Of a DNA stretch of 64,000 nucleotides, positions 25,864 to 34,718 are shown piece by piece (positions within the stretch are counted from its first letter, which is position 1; each line of letters opens with the position of its first letter). The translations under genes were made by a program, and so were the position numbers. This DNA is from an uncultured Acidobacteriota bacterium. Lineage in GTDB: Bacteria > Acidobacteriota > Vicinamibacteria > Vicinamibacterales > 2-12-FULL-66-21. The stretch covers positions 418,481-482,480 of the forward strand of contig CAVXMQ010000018.1 in NCBI GenBank assembly GCA_963762995.1. The letters run 5' to 3'. The notes beneath the pieces are model-generated. The model searched no databases. It saw nothing but the letters and a program-made list of their open reading frames with translations, and was not told the origin of the DNA.

Positions 25864-28800
25864 ATGATCCGCATGCGTTCCTATGAGCTGGTCGCGGTTG
25901 GACTCCTGTCCGTGGTTGCCCTCTCCGCCGACATCGGCGGCCAGCGGGCGGCCGACGCGCCACGTCAGGCACTCCCCTCTTTTGCCGAACCAGCGATTTC
26001 TCCAGACGGACGCGAACTCGCCATCGTGTCGAGCGGCGACATCTGGACGGTGCCGGCGGCTGGCGGTGACGCGCGGCTGCTGATCGCGCACGATGCCAAC
26101 GAGTCGCGGCCGATGTACTCGCCCGACGGCACCCGGTTGGCCTTCGTCTCGGACCGCACCGGCGGCGGGGACATCTACGTGCTGACACTCGCCACCGGGG
26201 CCCTGGCGCGGGTCACCTTCGACGACGGGCTGGACCGGCTGGACGGGTGGTCGCGCGATGGCGCCTGGATCTACTTCTCGTCGTCGAGTCGCGACATCGC
26301 GGGCATGCATGACATCTTCCGGGTCCGCGCGGCCGGGGGCACGCCGATGGCGGTCAGCGCCGACCGCTACACAAGCGAGTTTTTCGCGGCCCCCGCCCCC
26401 GATGGACGACGCGTGGCGTTCAGCGCCCGCGGGAACGGCGTCGGTCAGTGGTGGCGCAACGGCAGCTCGCATCTCGACGAATCGGAGATCTGGCTGCTGC
26501 ACGATGGAGATCAGCCGAAATACGAACAGCTGACCGAACGCGGCGCCAAGCAGCTCTGGCCGATGTGGAGCGGAGACGGCAAAAGCTTGTTCTACGTTTC
26601 CGATCGCGGCGGACGTCAGAACGTCTGGACGCTGACGCTCGGCGGGCAGCCGCGACAGGTCACACGCTTCAACGACGGCCGCGTGCTGTGGCCGACCATT
26701 ACCAGCGATGGAAAGACGATCGCCTTCGAGCGCGACTTCGAAATCTGGACGCTCGACACGGCGAGCGGACGCGCCGCGCAACTGGCGATCTCGCGGCGCG
26801 GCCTGCCGGCCGGCCCGGCCGTTGACCATCTGACGCTGAACAACGGATTCCAGGACCTGGAGCTCTCGCCGGACGGCCGCAAGGTGGCGTTCACGGCGCG
26901 CGGAGAGGTGTGGGCCGCTTCCGCGCGTGACGGCGGAGACGCCGTGCGTGTGACGCGCACCTCCGCGCGGGAATCCCAGGTCGCCTGGCTGCCAGACAGC
27001 CGGCGCATCGTTTACGTGTCGGAACGCGACAATGTGCCGCATGTCTTCGCCTACGACTTCACCACCAGTAAGGAAACGCAGCTGACCAACGCCGCCACGG
27101 GAGACAGCGGGCTGCGTGTGTCGCCAGACGGCAAGTCGCTAGCCTTCGTGCGCGACGGCAAGGAATTGCGCGTGATGGACATCGAGGCGAAAACGGACCG
27201 GGCGCTGGCCTCAGGCCACATCGTCCGCTCCGATCGTGGACTTGCGTGGTCGCCCGATAGCAAGTGGATCGCCTATCTCGGCCTGAGCGGCGCGTCGTTC
27301 CGCAACGTGTACGCAGTACCGGCGGCCGGAGGCACCAGCCGCGCGGTGACCTCGATCCCGAACGGGAACGCGAACAACGTGTCCTGGAGTCCCGACGGCA
27401 CCTACCTGATCTACAACACCAACCAGCGGACGGAACCGTCGCAGACCGTGCGCGTGGATCTCATCCTCAGGACTCCGCGCTTCCGCGAGGATCGCTTCCG
27501 CGATCTGTTCCGCGACGAGCCGACGCGGACGCCTCCCGCGGAGCGTCGTCCCGAGGGAGAGACGGCGCCTCGACGTGAAAGCGCCGCGCCGCCGCGCGAC
27601 CCCGCGAAGCCGGTGGAGATCGTGTTCGAGGACATCCGCCGTCGTGTCAGCATCCTGCCGGTTGGCGTCGAGGTGTCGACGCAGACGTTCAGCCCGGACG
27701 GCCGCTCGCTGCTGCTCACCGCCACGGCCGCGGGACAACAGAACCTTTATCTCTACTCGATGGATGAACTCGCGCGGGAGCCTGCCGTGGCGCGGCAGCT
27801 GACGTCCACCGCCGGCAACAAGTCGGACGCGCAGTTCACGGCTGACGGTCGCGAGGTCTTCTACCTCGAACAGGGCCGCATCTCGGTGATTCCGGTCGAG
27901 AGCCGGCAGGCACGCGCCGTGTCGGTGAACGCCGAGATGGACATCGACTTCTCGCAGGAGAAGATGGAAGTCTTCCGCCAGGCGTGGACGTACATGCGGG
28001 ATGGCTTCTACGACGACAAGTTCCACGGGGTGAACTGGCAGGCGGTGCGCTCTCGCTATGAACCGCGCGTCGCCGCCGCACAGACGAGCGACGAACTGCG
28101 CCGGCTGCTCAACCTGATGGTCGGCGAGTTGAACGCCTCGCATCTCGGGGTATCGGGCGGGCGCGGTGGTGGTGGACGTGGCGGCGAGTCGCCAGCGTCG
28201 GCGCGCCTCGGCCTCCGCTTCGATCGCGCGGCCTACGAACGCAACGGCCACCTCAAGGTGACCGAGGTCATCGCGCTCGGGCCGGCGGCGATCACGCGCC
28301 AAATATCGGCCGGCGACTACGTCACCGCTGTGAATGGCACGCCGGTCACCGCGGACGTCAACCTCGATGCGCTGCTGGTCCGCGGCGTCGACCGCCGCAC
28401 GGTGCTGACCGTCGCCGCGCAACCCGCGGCCACCGACACGCGCGAGGTCATCGTCCGCCCGGTGACGCAGGGTACCGAGAAAAACCTGCTCTACCGGCAA
28501 TGGGTTGAATGGAACCGCGCCTACGTGGACAAGGCCAGCGGCGGCCGCCTTGGCTACGCGCACATGAACGACATGTCGGAAGGCGCGCTGCAACGTCTCT
28601 ATCTCGACCTCGACGCTGAGAACCGCGTCAAGGACGGCGTGGTCATCGACGTCCGCAACAACAACGGCGGCTTCGTGAACGCCTACGCGCTCGACGTCCT
28701 CTCGCGACGCGGTTATCTGATGATGACGCCGCGCGGCCTTCCGATGGCGCCGGCCCGCAGCGTCCTCGGCCAGCGCGCGCTGGAACTGCCGACGGTGCTC

Positions 28801-29133
28801 GTCACCAACCAGCACTCGCTCTCGGACGCGGAGGACTTCACCGAAGGCTATCGCACGCTACGCTTGGGTAAGGTCGTCGGTGAACCGACCTCCGGCTGGA
28901 TCATCTACACCGGCAGCCAGACGCTGGTGGATGGATCCTCCATGCGGATGCCGGGAACGCGCATCACCTCGCTCGACGGCACCACGATGGAGCTGAACCC
29001 GCGCAAGGTGGACGTCCCCGTCACCCGTCCGATCGGCGAGAGCCTGACGGGCAAGGACAGCCAGTTGGACACGGCCGTCCGTGAGTTGCTTCAGCAACTG
29101 GGCGCTAAGCGCGGCACTACCGCGGTTCGCTGA
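25864..29133 (+). CDS. Tricorn-like protease (beta-propellers + PDZ + S41-type peptidase domain)
   Basis: About 1089 aa from ATG 25864 (GGAGG 7 nt upstream). Signal-like N-terminus, repeated SPDG..(A/L)AF PD40-type blades, a PDZ-like region (GDYVTAVNG), and a C-terminal S41-like block (VLVTNQHSLSDAEDF). Confidence 0.8.
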   Translation: MIRMRSYELVAVGLLSVVALSADIGGQRAADAPRQALPSFAEPAISPDGRELAIVSSGDIWTVPAAGGDARLLIAHDANESRPMYSPDGTRLAFVSDRTGGGDIYVLTLATGALARVTFDDGLDRLDGWSRDGAWIYFSSSSRDIAGMHDIFRVRAAGGTPMAVSADRYTSEFFAAPAPDGRRVAFSARGNGVGQWWRNGSSHLDESEIWLLHDGDQPKYEQLTERGAKQLWPMWSGDGKSLFYVSDRGGRQNVWTLTLGGQPRQVTRFNDGRVLWPTITSDGKTIAFERDFEIWTLDTASGRAAQLAISRRGLPAGPAVDHLTLNNGFQDLELSPDGRKVAFTARGEVWAASARDGGDAVRVTRTSARESQVAWLPDSRRIVYVSERDNVPHVFAYDFTTSKETQLTNAATGDSGLRVSPDGKSLAFVRDGKELRVMDIEAKTDRALASGHIVRSDRGLAWSPDSKWIAYLGLSGASFRNVYAVPAAGGTSRAVTSIPNGNANNVSWSPDGTYLIYNTNQRTEPSQTVRVDLILRTPRFREDRFRDLFRDEPTRTPPAERRPEGETAPRRESAAPPRDPAKPVEIVFEDIRRRVSILPVGVEVSTQTFSPDGRSLLLTATAAGQQNLYLYSMDELAREPAVARQLTSTAGNKSDAQFTADGREVFYLEQGRISVIPVESRQARAVSVNAEMDIDFSQEKMEVFRQAWTYMRDGFYDDKFHGVNWQAVRSRYEPRVAAAQTSDELRRLLNLMVGELNASHLGVSGGRGGGGRGGESPASARLGLRFDRAAYERNGHLKVTEVIALGPAAITRQISAGDYVTAVNGTPVTADVNLDALLVRGVDRRTVLTVAAQPAATDTREVIVRPVTQGTEKNLLYRQWVEWNRAYVDKASGGRLGYAHMNDMSEGALQRLYLDLDAENRVKDGVVIDVRNNNGGFVNAYALDVLSRRGYLMMTPRGLPMAPARSVLGQRALELPTVLVTNQHSLSDAEDFTEGYRTLRLGKVVGEPTSGWIIYTGSQTLVDGSSMRMPGTRITSLDGTTMELNPRKVDVPVTRPIGESLTGKDSQLDTAVRELLQQLGAKRGTTAVR

Positions 29134-29155
29134 TCGCTGTTCGCGGTTCGAGGTT
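29121..29155. repeat. Five tandem CGCGGTT-type heptamers spanning two convergent stop codons
   Basis: cgcggtt cgctgat cgctgtt cgcggtt cgaggtt. Contains the TGA of the tricorn-like gene (29131-29133) and abuts or overlaps the TAA of the 29154..29597 gene. Confidence 0.55.
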
Positions 29156-29597
29156 ACGCCGCGACACAGACCCGTGCGCTCTCCCAGAGCACGGACTGCT
29201 GCTCGAACGTCTTTCGGTAGACTTCGATCACCGTCTGCACCGACTCACGTGCGGCGGCGGTGTCGGGGTGGACCAGTAGCAGCACCTTGCTTTGCTCGTG
29301 ATCGAGTGTCCCGGCCGGTGTCCGCCACTGTCCTTCGGCCTCCCAGACCGTCAGGCCCTCAGGAAACCGTTTCGTCACCTCGTCCCGCAGGAAGAGTTGC
29401 CATTCGAGCTCGGTAACGGCGCCTTTCGGGCGCGCGAGACCAAAGTACAGGGTGGTGCGAATCTGCGACGTGGACTTGGTGCCGCAGTCGAGCACCACGG
29501 TGAAGCCCTGCGCGTCGGGGCGCGCGGTCATCAGCGTGCCTCCCGCCAAGCCGACGGTGAAGATGACGGCAGCAGCGAGACCAGTTATCGAACGCAT
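29154..29597 (-). CDS. Small secreted protein (DUF3574-like by recollection)
   Basis: 147-aa ORF with a signal-like N-terminus. Blocks YFGLARPKG, EWQLFLRDEVTKRFPEGLTVWEAEGQW. Confidence 0.55.
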   Translation of the reverse strand: MRSITGLAAAVIFTVGLAGGTLMTARPDAQGFTVVLDCGTKSTSQIRTTLYFGLARPKGAVTELEWQLFLRDEVTKRFPEGLTVWEAEGQWRTPAGTLDHEQSKVLLLVHPDTAAARESVQTVIEVYRKTFEQQSVLWESARVCVAA

Positions 29598-29660
29598 ACG
29601 TTTCTCCTTTGATCGAGTCGGAGGTTGGTCGAACTAACTCGCTCCTGCGGCTTCCGTATT

Positions 29661-29684
29661 GCCGGGTCTGAAGACCCGGCCTAC
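29661..29684. repeat. REP-like palindrome copy GCCGGGTCTGAAGACCCGGCCTAC
   Basis: Same core and CCTAC extension as the 9893-9994 copies. Confidence 0.8.
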
Positions 29685-29708
29685 AGACACCTCTCGACCT
29701 CGTATCCA

Positions 29709-29780
29709 CCGAACCCCGAACCCCGAGGTACCCGAACCCCGAATTACCGAATACCGAATTACCGAACACCGAATTACCGC
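29709..29780. repeat. Tandem CCGAAYY(A) 7/8-mer array (no inverted partner nearby) overlapping a stop codon
   Basis: ccgaacc ccgaacc ccgaggta cccgaacc ccgaatta ccgaata ccgaatta ccgaaca ccgaatta ccg. The last unit supplies the TAA (29774-29776, minus strand) of the DUF885-like gene. Confidence 0.8.
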
Positions 29781-31537
29781 GTCGACGGATTCACCCCACC
29801 ATCCGCGATGAACTGCGTCATGCGCTGCTCCAGGACCGGCAACGGAACCGAGCCGATCGCCAAGATCGCATCGTGAAACCGCCGCTGATCGAAGCGGGCG
29901 CCCAGCTTCTCCTCGGCCTCGCGTCGGTGCCGCCGGATCTGCAGCTCGCCCAGCTTGTACGCCACCGCCTGTCCCGGCCACGCGATGTAGCGCTCGACCT
30001 CGGTCGTGATCTCGTGCTCGGAGAGCGCCGCGCGGGTCCGCAGGTAGTCCATGGCCTGCTCGCGGGTCCATCCGTAGGCGTGAATGCCCGTATCGATGAC
30101 CAGACGGCACGCGCGCCACATCTCGTATGTCAGGCGGCCGAAGTCCTCGTAGGGCGTCTCGTAGATGCCCATGACGGTGCCCAGCCACTCGGTGTAGAGT
30201 CCCCATCCTTCTCCGTATCCGGAGAACGACGTGCCGCGACGGAATGGCGGACGTTCGGGTCCCTCGAGCGACAGCGCTGCCTGGAAGCTGTGCCCCGGCG
30301 TGCACTCGTGCAGCGTGAGCGCGGCGAGGGTGTAGAGCGGGCGCGCCGGCAGGTTGTAGGTGTTCATCAGGCACGCCTCGAGACCACCGCGTCCGCCGGT
30401 GTAGATCGGTGCGAGCGCCTCGGGAACGGGCCGGATGCCGTGCCGGCGCCGCGGCAGGAACCCGATCGTCTCGGCGAGCTTCCAGTCGGCCTTCTTCGAC
30501 ACATAGGCCGAGTACGCGAGCAACTCGCGCGGCGTCTTCGCGTAGAACTGCGGATCCGTCCGAAGAAAGTGGAAGAACTCGGCCATGGTCCCTTTGAAGT
30601 TCGCCCGGTCTTTCGTGGCTCGCATCTCCGCCTCGATGCGCGCGACTTCCTTCAGGCCGATCTCATGGATCTCTTTGGCCGTCAGGTTCAGCGTCGTGAA
30701 CTTCTCGATCATCGCCTGGTAGTAGGCCTCGCCGTCCGGCATCGCGACCGCCCCCAGCGTCGTCCGTGCCTTGGGGAGATATTCACCGCGCATCATCGTG
30801 AGCAGCCTGGCGTACGCCGGTGCGACGACGTCGCGGATCACGGTCGCCGCTTCCGCGCGGAGCGCGTCCTGGTCGCTCGCCGCGATGGTCGAGGGCATCT
30901 GTGTGAAGGGCCCGTATAGCGGGTTGGTCGTGTCTCCCTTCACGTACGGCTCGATCGTCTTGTCTCGGCCGACGACCGACACGCGTGGAATCGTGAAGCC
31001 GCGCGCCAGGCCAGCCCGCATGTTGGCCATTTGCTCGTCGAAGTAGCGTGGCACGTCGCGGAGGCGCGCCAGATAGGCGCGGTGCGCGTCCAGCGTCGGG
31101 AGCCCTTGACGCGGCGTGAACTCGGTCCAGAAGAACGTGTCGCTGTTGAACGGCGCTTCGTACGTCCGGAACCGCACCTCGTTCGCGAGCGCGCGGATAG
31201 ACGTCCGGAAGATCTGCGCGTTCACCTTCTCCTCGGACGAGAGCTGTTCGAACGGGATGGTGTCCAGTGTCGCCAGCGTCTTCGTCCAGTAGGCGAGGCG
31301 CGTCTGCTGCGACGCCGGATCGACCCTGGGGAACCTGTCGCTCACGCGGGCTTCGGCGTACTGGTCGCTGCGCGCGACCTCCTGCTGCCGCCAGTTCCAC
31401 TCCTCGGTGTAGAGCGCGCGAAGCCGTGCGTCGGCGGAGGCGGGCGCGGGCTGCGTCTCGACGGCGGGCGACGACAGCAGGAACAGGGCGCACAGCACAA
31501 GGCAGATCTGCGGGCGACGATCAACTGATTTCGACAT
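29774..31537 (-). CDS. DUF885-family protein (putative secreted metallopeptidase-like)
   Basis: 587-aa ORF. Signal-like N-terminus, characteristic HECTPGHSFQ block and the YKLGELQIRRHR C-terminal region. Confidence 0.75.
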   Translation of the reverse strand: MSKSVDRRPQICLVLCALFLLSSPAVETQPAPASADARLRALYTEEWNWRQQEVARSDQYAEARVSDRFPRVDPASQQTRLAYWTKTLATLDTIPFEQLSSEEKVNAQIFRTSIRALANEVRFRTYEAPFNSDTFFWTEFTPRQGLPTLDAHRAYLARLRDVPRYFDEQMANMRAGLARGFTIPRVSVVGRDKTIEPYVKGDTTNPLYGPFTQMPSTIAASDQDALRAEAATVIRDVVAPAYARLLTMMRGEYLPKARTTLGAVAMPDGEAYYQAMIEKFTTLNLTAKEIHEIGLKEVARIEAEMRATKDRANFKGTMAEFFHFLRTDPQFYAKTPRELLAYSAYVSKKADWKLAETIGFLPRRRHGIRPVPEALAPIYTGGRGGLEACLMNTYNLPARPLYTLAALTLHECTPGHSFQAALSLEGPERPPFRRGTSFSGYGEGWGLYTEWLGTVMGIYETPYEDFGRLTYEMWRACRLVIDTGIHAYGWTREQAMDYLRTRAALSEHEITTEVERYIAWPGQAVAYKLGELQIRRHRREAEEKLGARFDQRRFHDAILAIGSVPLPVLEQRMTQFIADGGVNPSTR

Positions 31538-31684
31538 GACGGACCTCTCCTGACGACAACGGCCGACGATTATCCTACGCAGGACCCACCGATGAGTCGC
31601 GTCGATGTTACTGATCAGAAGGTTTCGACGCGGCGAGATTGGAGGTAGCCTGAAGGCTTACCGAGAGCACTCAGGAGGGACACT

Positions 31685-32087
31685 ATGTCGACTGCTACCG
31701 AAAGCGCACTGCAAGCGAAGACCGTCATGCCCAACCTCACCGTTGACGATTTGCCAGCCAGCCTCCGCTTCTTCGAGGGCCTGGGATTTGCCGTGGAAGA
31801 ACGCTGGGAGGAGAACGGGACACTCACTCGGCGTGATGCTTCGTGCCGGCAACATCCAGATCGGGCTGAGTCAGGACGATTGGAAGAAAGGCCGCAACCG
31901 CTCGAAGGGCGTGGGCACGCGGCTCTTCATCGAGACCGCGCAGAACGTCGACGAGCTTGCCGCGCGCGCCAAGCAAGCCGGCGTGAAGTTGAATGCCGAG
32001 CCGCACGACACGGAGTGGGGCAGCCGAGCGTTCGAGGTCACCGAACCCAGCGGTTTCCTGCTGACGATCATCTCGTCAAAGGCATAG
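31685..32087 (+). pseudogene. Glyoxalase/bleomycin-resistance (VOC) family protein, one frame break (or assembly indel)
   Basis: N-terminus in ORF 31685.. (MPNLTVDDLPASLRFFEGLGFAVEERWEENGTL). The rest is in the frame of ORF 31605..32087 (GVMLRAGNIQIGLSQDD...TEWGSRAFEVTEPSGFLLTI). One surplus base near 31821-31832. Confidence 0.7.
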
Positions 32088-32164
32088 CGCCGGAGAACGC
32101 AGGACGGCGCAGGCGCACACGCCGTCGGTGATGTCCCCGGCATCGGGACATGGCCGCGGCGTGT

Positions 32165-32192
32165 GAAGGTTCGATTCCTTCGCGGCTCACCA
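32165..32192 (+). other. Orphan tRNA 3'-end-like fragment (T-arm + acceptor strand + CCA)
   Basis: GAAGG-TTCGATT-CCTTC followed by GCGGCTC-A-CCA. No complementary GAGCCGC 5' strand and no D or anticodon arms upstream that I could fold. Confidence 0.4.
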
Positions 32193-32338
32193 GCCTCCGC
32201 TCTTCGCCTTCGGTGCTGCGACTCGCGGCAGACGAACACTTCAACAACAAGTTACGGCCAATCCTCGCCCCAGTCGTGTGATACGGTTTGCTGCCGACGG
32301 CCGACAGGTGCAGCCATGCCTGAAAGGCTCGGGAAAGC

Positions 32339-33193
32339 GTGATCGACGTCCGCGACCTCCATTTCACTTATGCGCGCTCGAACAAGGCGGCGGTGCGCGG
32401 ACTGGCGTTTGCGGTCGAACGCGGCGAGATCTTCGGGTTTCTCGGGCCCAGCGGCGCCGGCAAGTCGACCACCCAGAAGATTCTGATCGGTCTCCTTGAA
32501 GGCTACCAGGGCGTCGTGCGCGTGCGTGACAAGGAGGTCGCGGCCTGGACCGGCGATGATCTTGAGCGGATCGGCGTCTCCTTCGAGGCGCCCAACCACT
32601 TCCTCAAGCTCACTGGCCTGGAGAACCTGCGCTATTTTGCGGCGCTGTATCACGGAGGTACGCGGGCTCCCGCGACACTGCTTGAATCGGTCGGGCTCGA
32701 GCGCGACGGCAATCGACGCGTCGGCGAGTACTCGAAGGGCATGAAGTGCCGTCTGAGCATCGCCCGTTGCCTGCTGAACAACCCGGACCTGATATTCCTG
32801 GACGAGCCGACGGGCGGGCTCGACCCGATGAACGTGCAGCGCGTCAAGGATCTCGTTCGCGCCGAGCGGCAGCGCGGCGCAACGGTCTTTCTCACGACGC
32901 ACGACATGGCTGCGGCCGACGAGTTGTGCGACCGCATCGCCTTCATCGTCGACGGCCACATCGCCTGCATTGACTCGCCCCGCGCGCTGAAGCTCCGGCA
33001 CGGCGAACGGACGGTGCGTGTCGAATGCGATTCCGGCGGGCGCACGACTCACACCGACTTTCCGCTCGACGGCCTCGCCGACAGTGCCGCGTTCCAGCAG
33101 ATGCTCCGCGACCGAAATGTGCAGACAATCCATACGCGCGAGGCGACTCTGGCAGACGTGTTCATACGGGTCACAGGACGGGCTCTCGTATGA
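32339..33193 (+). CDS. ABC transporter ATP-binding protein
   Basis: 284-aa ORF. Walker A GPSGAGKST, signature-like YSKGMKCRL, Walker B LIFLDEPTGGLD. Confidence 0.9.
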   Translation: MIDVRDLHFTYARSNKAAVRGLAFAVERGEIFGFLGPSGAGKSTTQKILIGLLEGYQGVVRVRDKEVAAWTGDDLERIGVSFEAPNHFLKLTGLENLRYFAALYHGGTRAPATLLESVGLERDGNRRVGEYSKGMKCRLSIARCLLNNPDLIFLDEPTGGLDPMNVQRVKDLVRAERQRGATVFLTTHDMAAADELCDRIAFIVDGHIACIDSPRALKLRHGERTVRVECDSGGRTTHTDFPLDGLADSAAFQQMLRDRNVQTIHTREATLADVFIRVTGRALV

Positions 33194-33876
33194 CGCGGCT
33201 CGCCGCGACGCTCGAGACCGACGTGCGGGTTCAACTCCGCAACGGGTTCTACTACGCCACCGCTTTTGTAGTGGCGGGCTCGATCGCGATCCTGCGCGGG
33301 CTGCCGGAGGATGTCGCGGCGCTCCTGCTGCCGGTCGTGCTCCTCGAGAACATTGCCGTCAACACGTTCTATTTCGTCAGCGGGTTGCTCTTGCTGGAGC
33401 GGGGCGAAGGGACGTTTGCCGCACAGAGTGTCACGCCGCTGCGCGCCGGCGAATATCTGGCCTCCAAGCTCCTGACGCTCACGGCGCTGTCGCTCGCGGA
33501 GAGCCTGCTCATCGCCTCAGCGGTGGCGGGGCTCGACTGGCGGCTCGTCGTAATGGCTCTCGGGATCGTGCTCGCCGCCCTGCTCTTCTGCCTGGCCGGC
33601 ATCGGGCTGATCGTCCACTACGAATCGGTCAACGAGTTCATCCTGCCGTCGGTGCTGTACACGGCCATTCTCTCGCTGCCGGTGCTGGGATACTTCGGCC
33701 TCGGCCCGCGAGACTGGTACCTTCTCCACCCGATCCAGGGCCCGCTCGAGCTGATGCAAATGCAGGCGCCGCACACCCCGGGTGGGCTGGCGTATGCGAT
33801 CGGCTACCCGGCGCTCTGGATCGTTCCGGCCTTTCTCTGGAGTCGCCGCGCGCTGCGAGGGCTGCGAAGCCGATGA
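33190..33876 (+). CDS. ABC-2-type exporter permease
   Basis: ATG 33190 overlaps the ATPase stop (ATGA). About 228 aa with 6 hydrophobic segments (last part of ORF 33025..33876). Confidence 0.7.
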   Translation: MTRLAATLETDVRVQLRNGFYYATAFVVAGSIAILRGLPEDVAALLLPVVLLENIAVNTFYFVSGLLLLERGEGTFAAQSVTPLRAGEYLASKLLTLTALSLAESLLIASAVAGLDWRLVVMALGIVLAALLFCLAGIGLIVHYESVNEFILPSVLYTAILSLPVLGYFGLGPRDWYLLHPIQGPLELMQMQAPHTPGGLAYAIGYPALWIVPAFLWSRRALRGLRSR

Positions 33877-34614
33877 GGACGGCCGCCGTGGTCCGGTCAC
33901 TGGGCACCATCGATGCCCGGAGTGTGGCGCGCGACCCGATGCTCCGCTGGATTGCGGTCCTCACGCCCGCCTTCGGTTTGTTGTTCCGGTTCGCCGTCCC
34001 GCCAATCGGCGAGGCGCTGGACCGGCGATTCGGGTTTGACCTGGCCGACTACTACCCACTGCTGATGAGCCTTCTGCCGCTGGTCGCGGCGGGGATGATC
34101 GGGACCGTGGTCGGATTCCTGCTCCTCGATCAGCGCGACGACCAGACCATGACGGCGCTGCTCGTCACGCCGTTGACCCTGCGTGATTATCTTCGCTATC
34201 GCCTCGGCGGCCCGATGCTCGTGAGTGCCGTCTTCGGCGCGGTGATGGTGCCGCTGGCGGGATTGACAGATACCACGGCGCTGCAGGTGGCGGTGAGCGC
34301 GGTCACGGCGGCGCCGCTGGCGCCGATCTACGCACTGTTCCTCGGCACCTTCGCGGCGAACAAGGTGCAAGGATTCGCCCTGGCCAAGGCCGTGGGCGTG
34401 GTGATGGTGCCCTGCATCGTGTGCCTACTTCGTCACCGGTCCGTGGCAGAACGCGTTCGGGCTCGTGCCGCATTACTGGGCACTCAAAGTCTTCTGGCTG
34501 TTCGATGAGGGGGCAGTCGGGCCGGCGCTGGCCCACGCGCTGATCGGGCTCGCCTGGCAGGCGGTGCTGCTCACGGTGCTCGTGCAGCGTTTCTCGCACG
34601 CCGTGCGGCAGTAG
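33873..34614 (+). pseudogene. Second ABC-2-type exporter permease, one frame break (or assembly indel)
   Basis: ATG 33873 overlaps the upstream stop (ATGA). Multi-TM in the frame of ORF 33018..34508 up to VGVVMVPCIV. The C-terminus AYFVTGPWQNAFGLVPHYWALKVFWLF...VQRFSHAVRQ (stop 34612-34614) is one base out of frame. Break near 34415-34425. Confidence 0.65.
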
Positions 34615-34718
34615 CAGGCGGACGAACGATTGCGGTCAAGCCGCGCGTTTCAGAGCATCGACCCAGCGAATGAACTGGCCGATCTGGTTCCAACTCACGA
34701 GAATGCGGCTCACCGGAT

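Noticed and set aside
31998-32192. tmRNA or full tRNA ending at 32192 (a GAGCCGC complement of the acceptor strand occurs at 31998)
   Set aside because: The candidate 5' strand lies inside the VOC coding region, 194 nt away. That is too short for tmRNA and too long for tRNA, and no D or anticodon arms fold. I treat it as a 3' fragment only.
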